Shown here: piece by piece, positions 62,201 to 64,000 of the stretch
Numbering within the stretch: position 1 is the first letter of the stretch
Layout of the letters: the number at the start of each line of letters is the position of its first letter
Assembly (NCBI GenBank): GCA_965649765.1
Contig: OZ287758.1
Coordinates: forward strand, 31,930,001-31,994,000
Length of the DNA: 64,000 bases
Direction: 5' to 3'
Source of the DNA: Bispira polyomma
Lineage: Eukaryota
Notes under the pieces: model-generated
What the model saw: the letters and a program-made list of their open reading frames with translations, nothing else
What the model was told of the DNA's origin: nothing
Database searches by the model: none
Translations under genes and position numbers: made by a program

Positions 62201-64000
62201 TTATTTGAGTCAAAAGATGCTTGTTTCCAGTTATTTGATAAAAGTACTGAAGACCTCTATCGCAAGATAAAACAATCTATATGTGGAGGTCCTTCTATTG
62301 TTTTTACACGATATATGACAGTAGGTCAACGTTTAAGAGAAGGAAATGAAACATGTCAAGCTATTCTGGGATATGACGCTGCGTATATCCTTTCTCATTA
62401 TCAAAAGATATGCCTTGTGGATCTTTTGTCAGAAGACATGAGACTAATGGTTACAAACCAGAGGTTCAAACTAAGTATTTGGATATGTTTTATTGGATGG
62501 ATAGACTTTCAGAATATTCAGATTTTACATAGATTAAATAGTGGGAAAGAGTACTATGTCATGGGTTTCAGAGTGGATGGAATTTGTGGTAATGATATAT
62601 TTGAATATTTAGGAGATTATTTTCACGGCTGCCCAAAATGTACTGCTAAATATAAGGACAAGAAACCAAAGTCATGGTTACAAACACAATTGAGAAAGTA
62701 TGAAAGGACAATGAACCGAAAACAGTATCTGGAAAGTTTAGGCTACACAGTCACTGAAATTTGGGAGTGTGATTTCAAAGAAATGTTTAGACATTCTATT
62801 GACCACATAAGAGACAGATATTTACCAACATATTACACCTCCAATAAAAGAGGGCTGTCATATTTGAAAGTATTAAAAGACATCCAAAATGGTAAGCTTT
62901 TTGGTTTAGCTGAGGTTGATATTGAGCTTCCACAAACATGGGGATCAAATTTTACTCAAGAACTCCCCCCAAATGAATATTTTAGTGAATTTTGCCCTAT
63001 ATTTTGCACTACAGATGTTCCAATGGAGGTCATAGGTGAACATATGTTAGATCATATAGAAAAGCATGACCTTTCAATGGAATCTAGACGTTTGTTAGTA
63101 GCTGGGACTAAAGCTAGTAAATTGATGCTCTCTACACCTTTATTACAATGGTACCTCAACCATGGTTTGGTTGTGACAAGAATTTATGAAATTGTCGAAT
63201 TTTCACCTCTTACATGTTTTGCCAAATTCGTGGAGGATACCACAGAAGCCAGAAGGTTAGGGGACAAACAGTCTGAGCTAAGTTTAATCAGCCAAACAGC
63301 AAAATTATTATCTAATAGTGCTTACGGTAGTTGTATTATGAACAAAGAAAACTTCATGAATATCAAATATGTGAAAGGTGATAGCCCAGCTAAAATAGAA
63401 ATAAACCTGAGTTTCGCAAAGCTACTTTATTAGATGATGGTTTTTATGAAATAGAGGCAGCAAAAAGAACTATTCGTCTTGATATCCCAATTCAGATTGG
63501 TTTTTTCATTTTGAATTATGCAAAATTGCGAATGTTGGAATTTTATTATGATAATTTGTGTAAGTATGTTCCTAGAAACAGATTTGAATGCATTCAAATG
63601 GATACTGACAGTTTATATTTTGCAATATCAGGGAAGTCACTTGAAGATGTAGTTTTTGAGGACAAAAGGTTGGAGTTTGAAAACAAACTTAAAGGTAAAT
63701 GTGGAAATTTCACTTTGAAAGCTGATAGGGATTACTATTTCCCTAGAACTTGTTGTGAAACACATAGCTTGTTTGATTTTAGAAGTCCAGGTCTGTTTAA
63801 AAAAGAAGGGTCAGGCACTGAAATGATTGCTTTGTGTTCTAAAACTTATGTTCTTGAACAAGAAAATGGGTTTAAACTGTCTTGCAAAGGTGTGAACAAA
63901 AAAGCCATCAAAGATCCTCTAAGTATTATGCAAAATGTTTTGCAAACACAGAGGTGTGAGACAGCTATAAATAAAGGTTTCAGACCGAATAGCAATACAA
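59218..64000 (+). pseudogene. polB: Polinton-type protein-primed family B DNA polymerase with N-terminal C2H2 fingers and a Vsr-like insertion; frameshifted, runs off the window
   Basis: YDFEA, GFNSSKYDL, FLDI, KGFFCY, GGPSIVF, KLLSNSAYG, YAKLRML, MDTDS, PGLFK, KGV; breaks near 59750, 60530, 62380-62515 and 63420. Confidence 0.93.

Larger units (their letters stand above)
44738..64000 (+). mobile_element. Polinton/Maverick-like element, left part
   Basis: AGTAGTAG terminus, repeat-rich subterminal region and a pPolB gene at 59218-64000. Continuity across the 19 kb is inferred. Confidence 0.62.

Overview
AT-rich eukaryotic DNA, probably from an invertebrate animal; the taxon cannot be fixed from sequence alone. 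The window is almost entirely nested mobile elements, and I recognise no host housekeeping gene. Bases 1-40 kb hold several copies and remnants of one family of env-bearing Ty3/Gypsy-type LTR elements, all on the minus strand. Shared features are a tRNA-Ala PBS, TG...CA LTRs and a baculovirus-F/errantivirus-type env; one copy has a 4-bp TSD. The standout observation is a conserved cassette of up to five small unknown ORFs between env and the 3' LTR, which I call orfA-orfE. They are homologous across three diverged subfamilies, and several are preceded by splice acceptors and an internal TATA box, a 'complex retrovirus'-like layout. Interspersed are L1/Tx1 and CR1/L2 fragments, a TIR element and a DIRS-order tyrosine-recombinase retroelement. 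From about 44.7 kb to the end lies a probable Polinton/Maverick: AGTAGTAG terminus and a frameshifted protein-primed PolB. It carries a RAG1-like Chapaev transposase (itself hit by a LINE), an intact spliced PC4-like gene, spliced type I membrane-protein genes and hairpin-containing introns. All homology calls are from motif recognition by eye; no searches were run.
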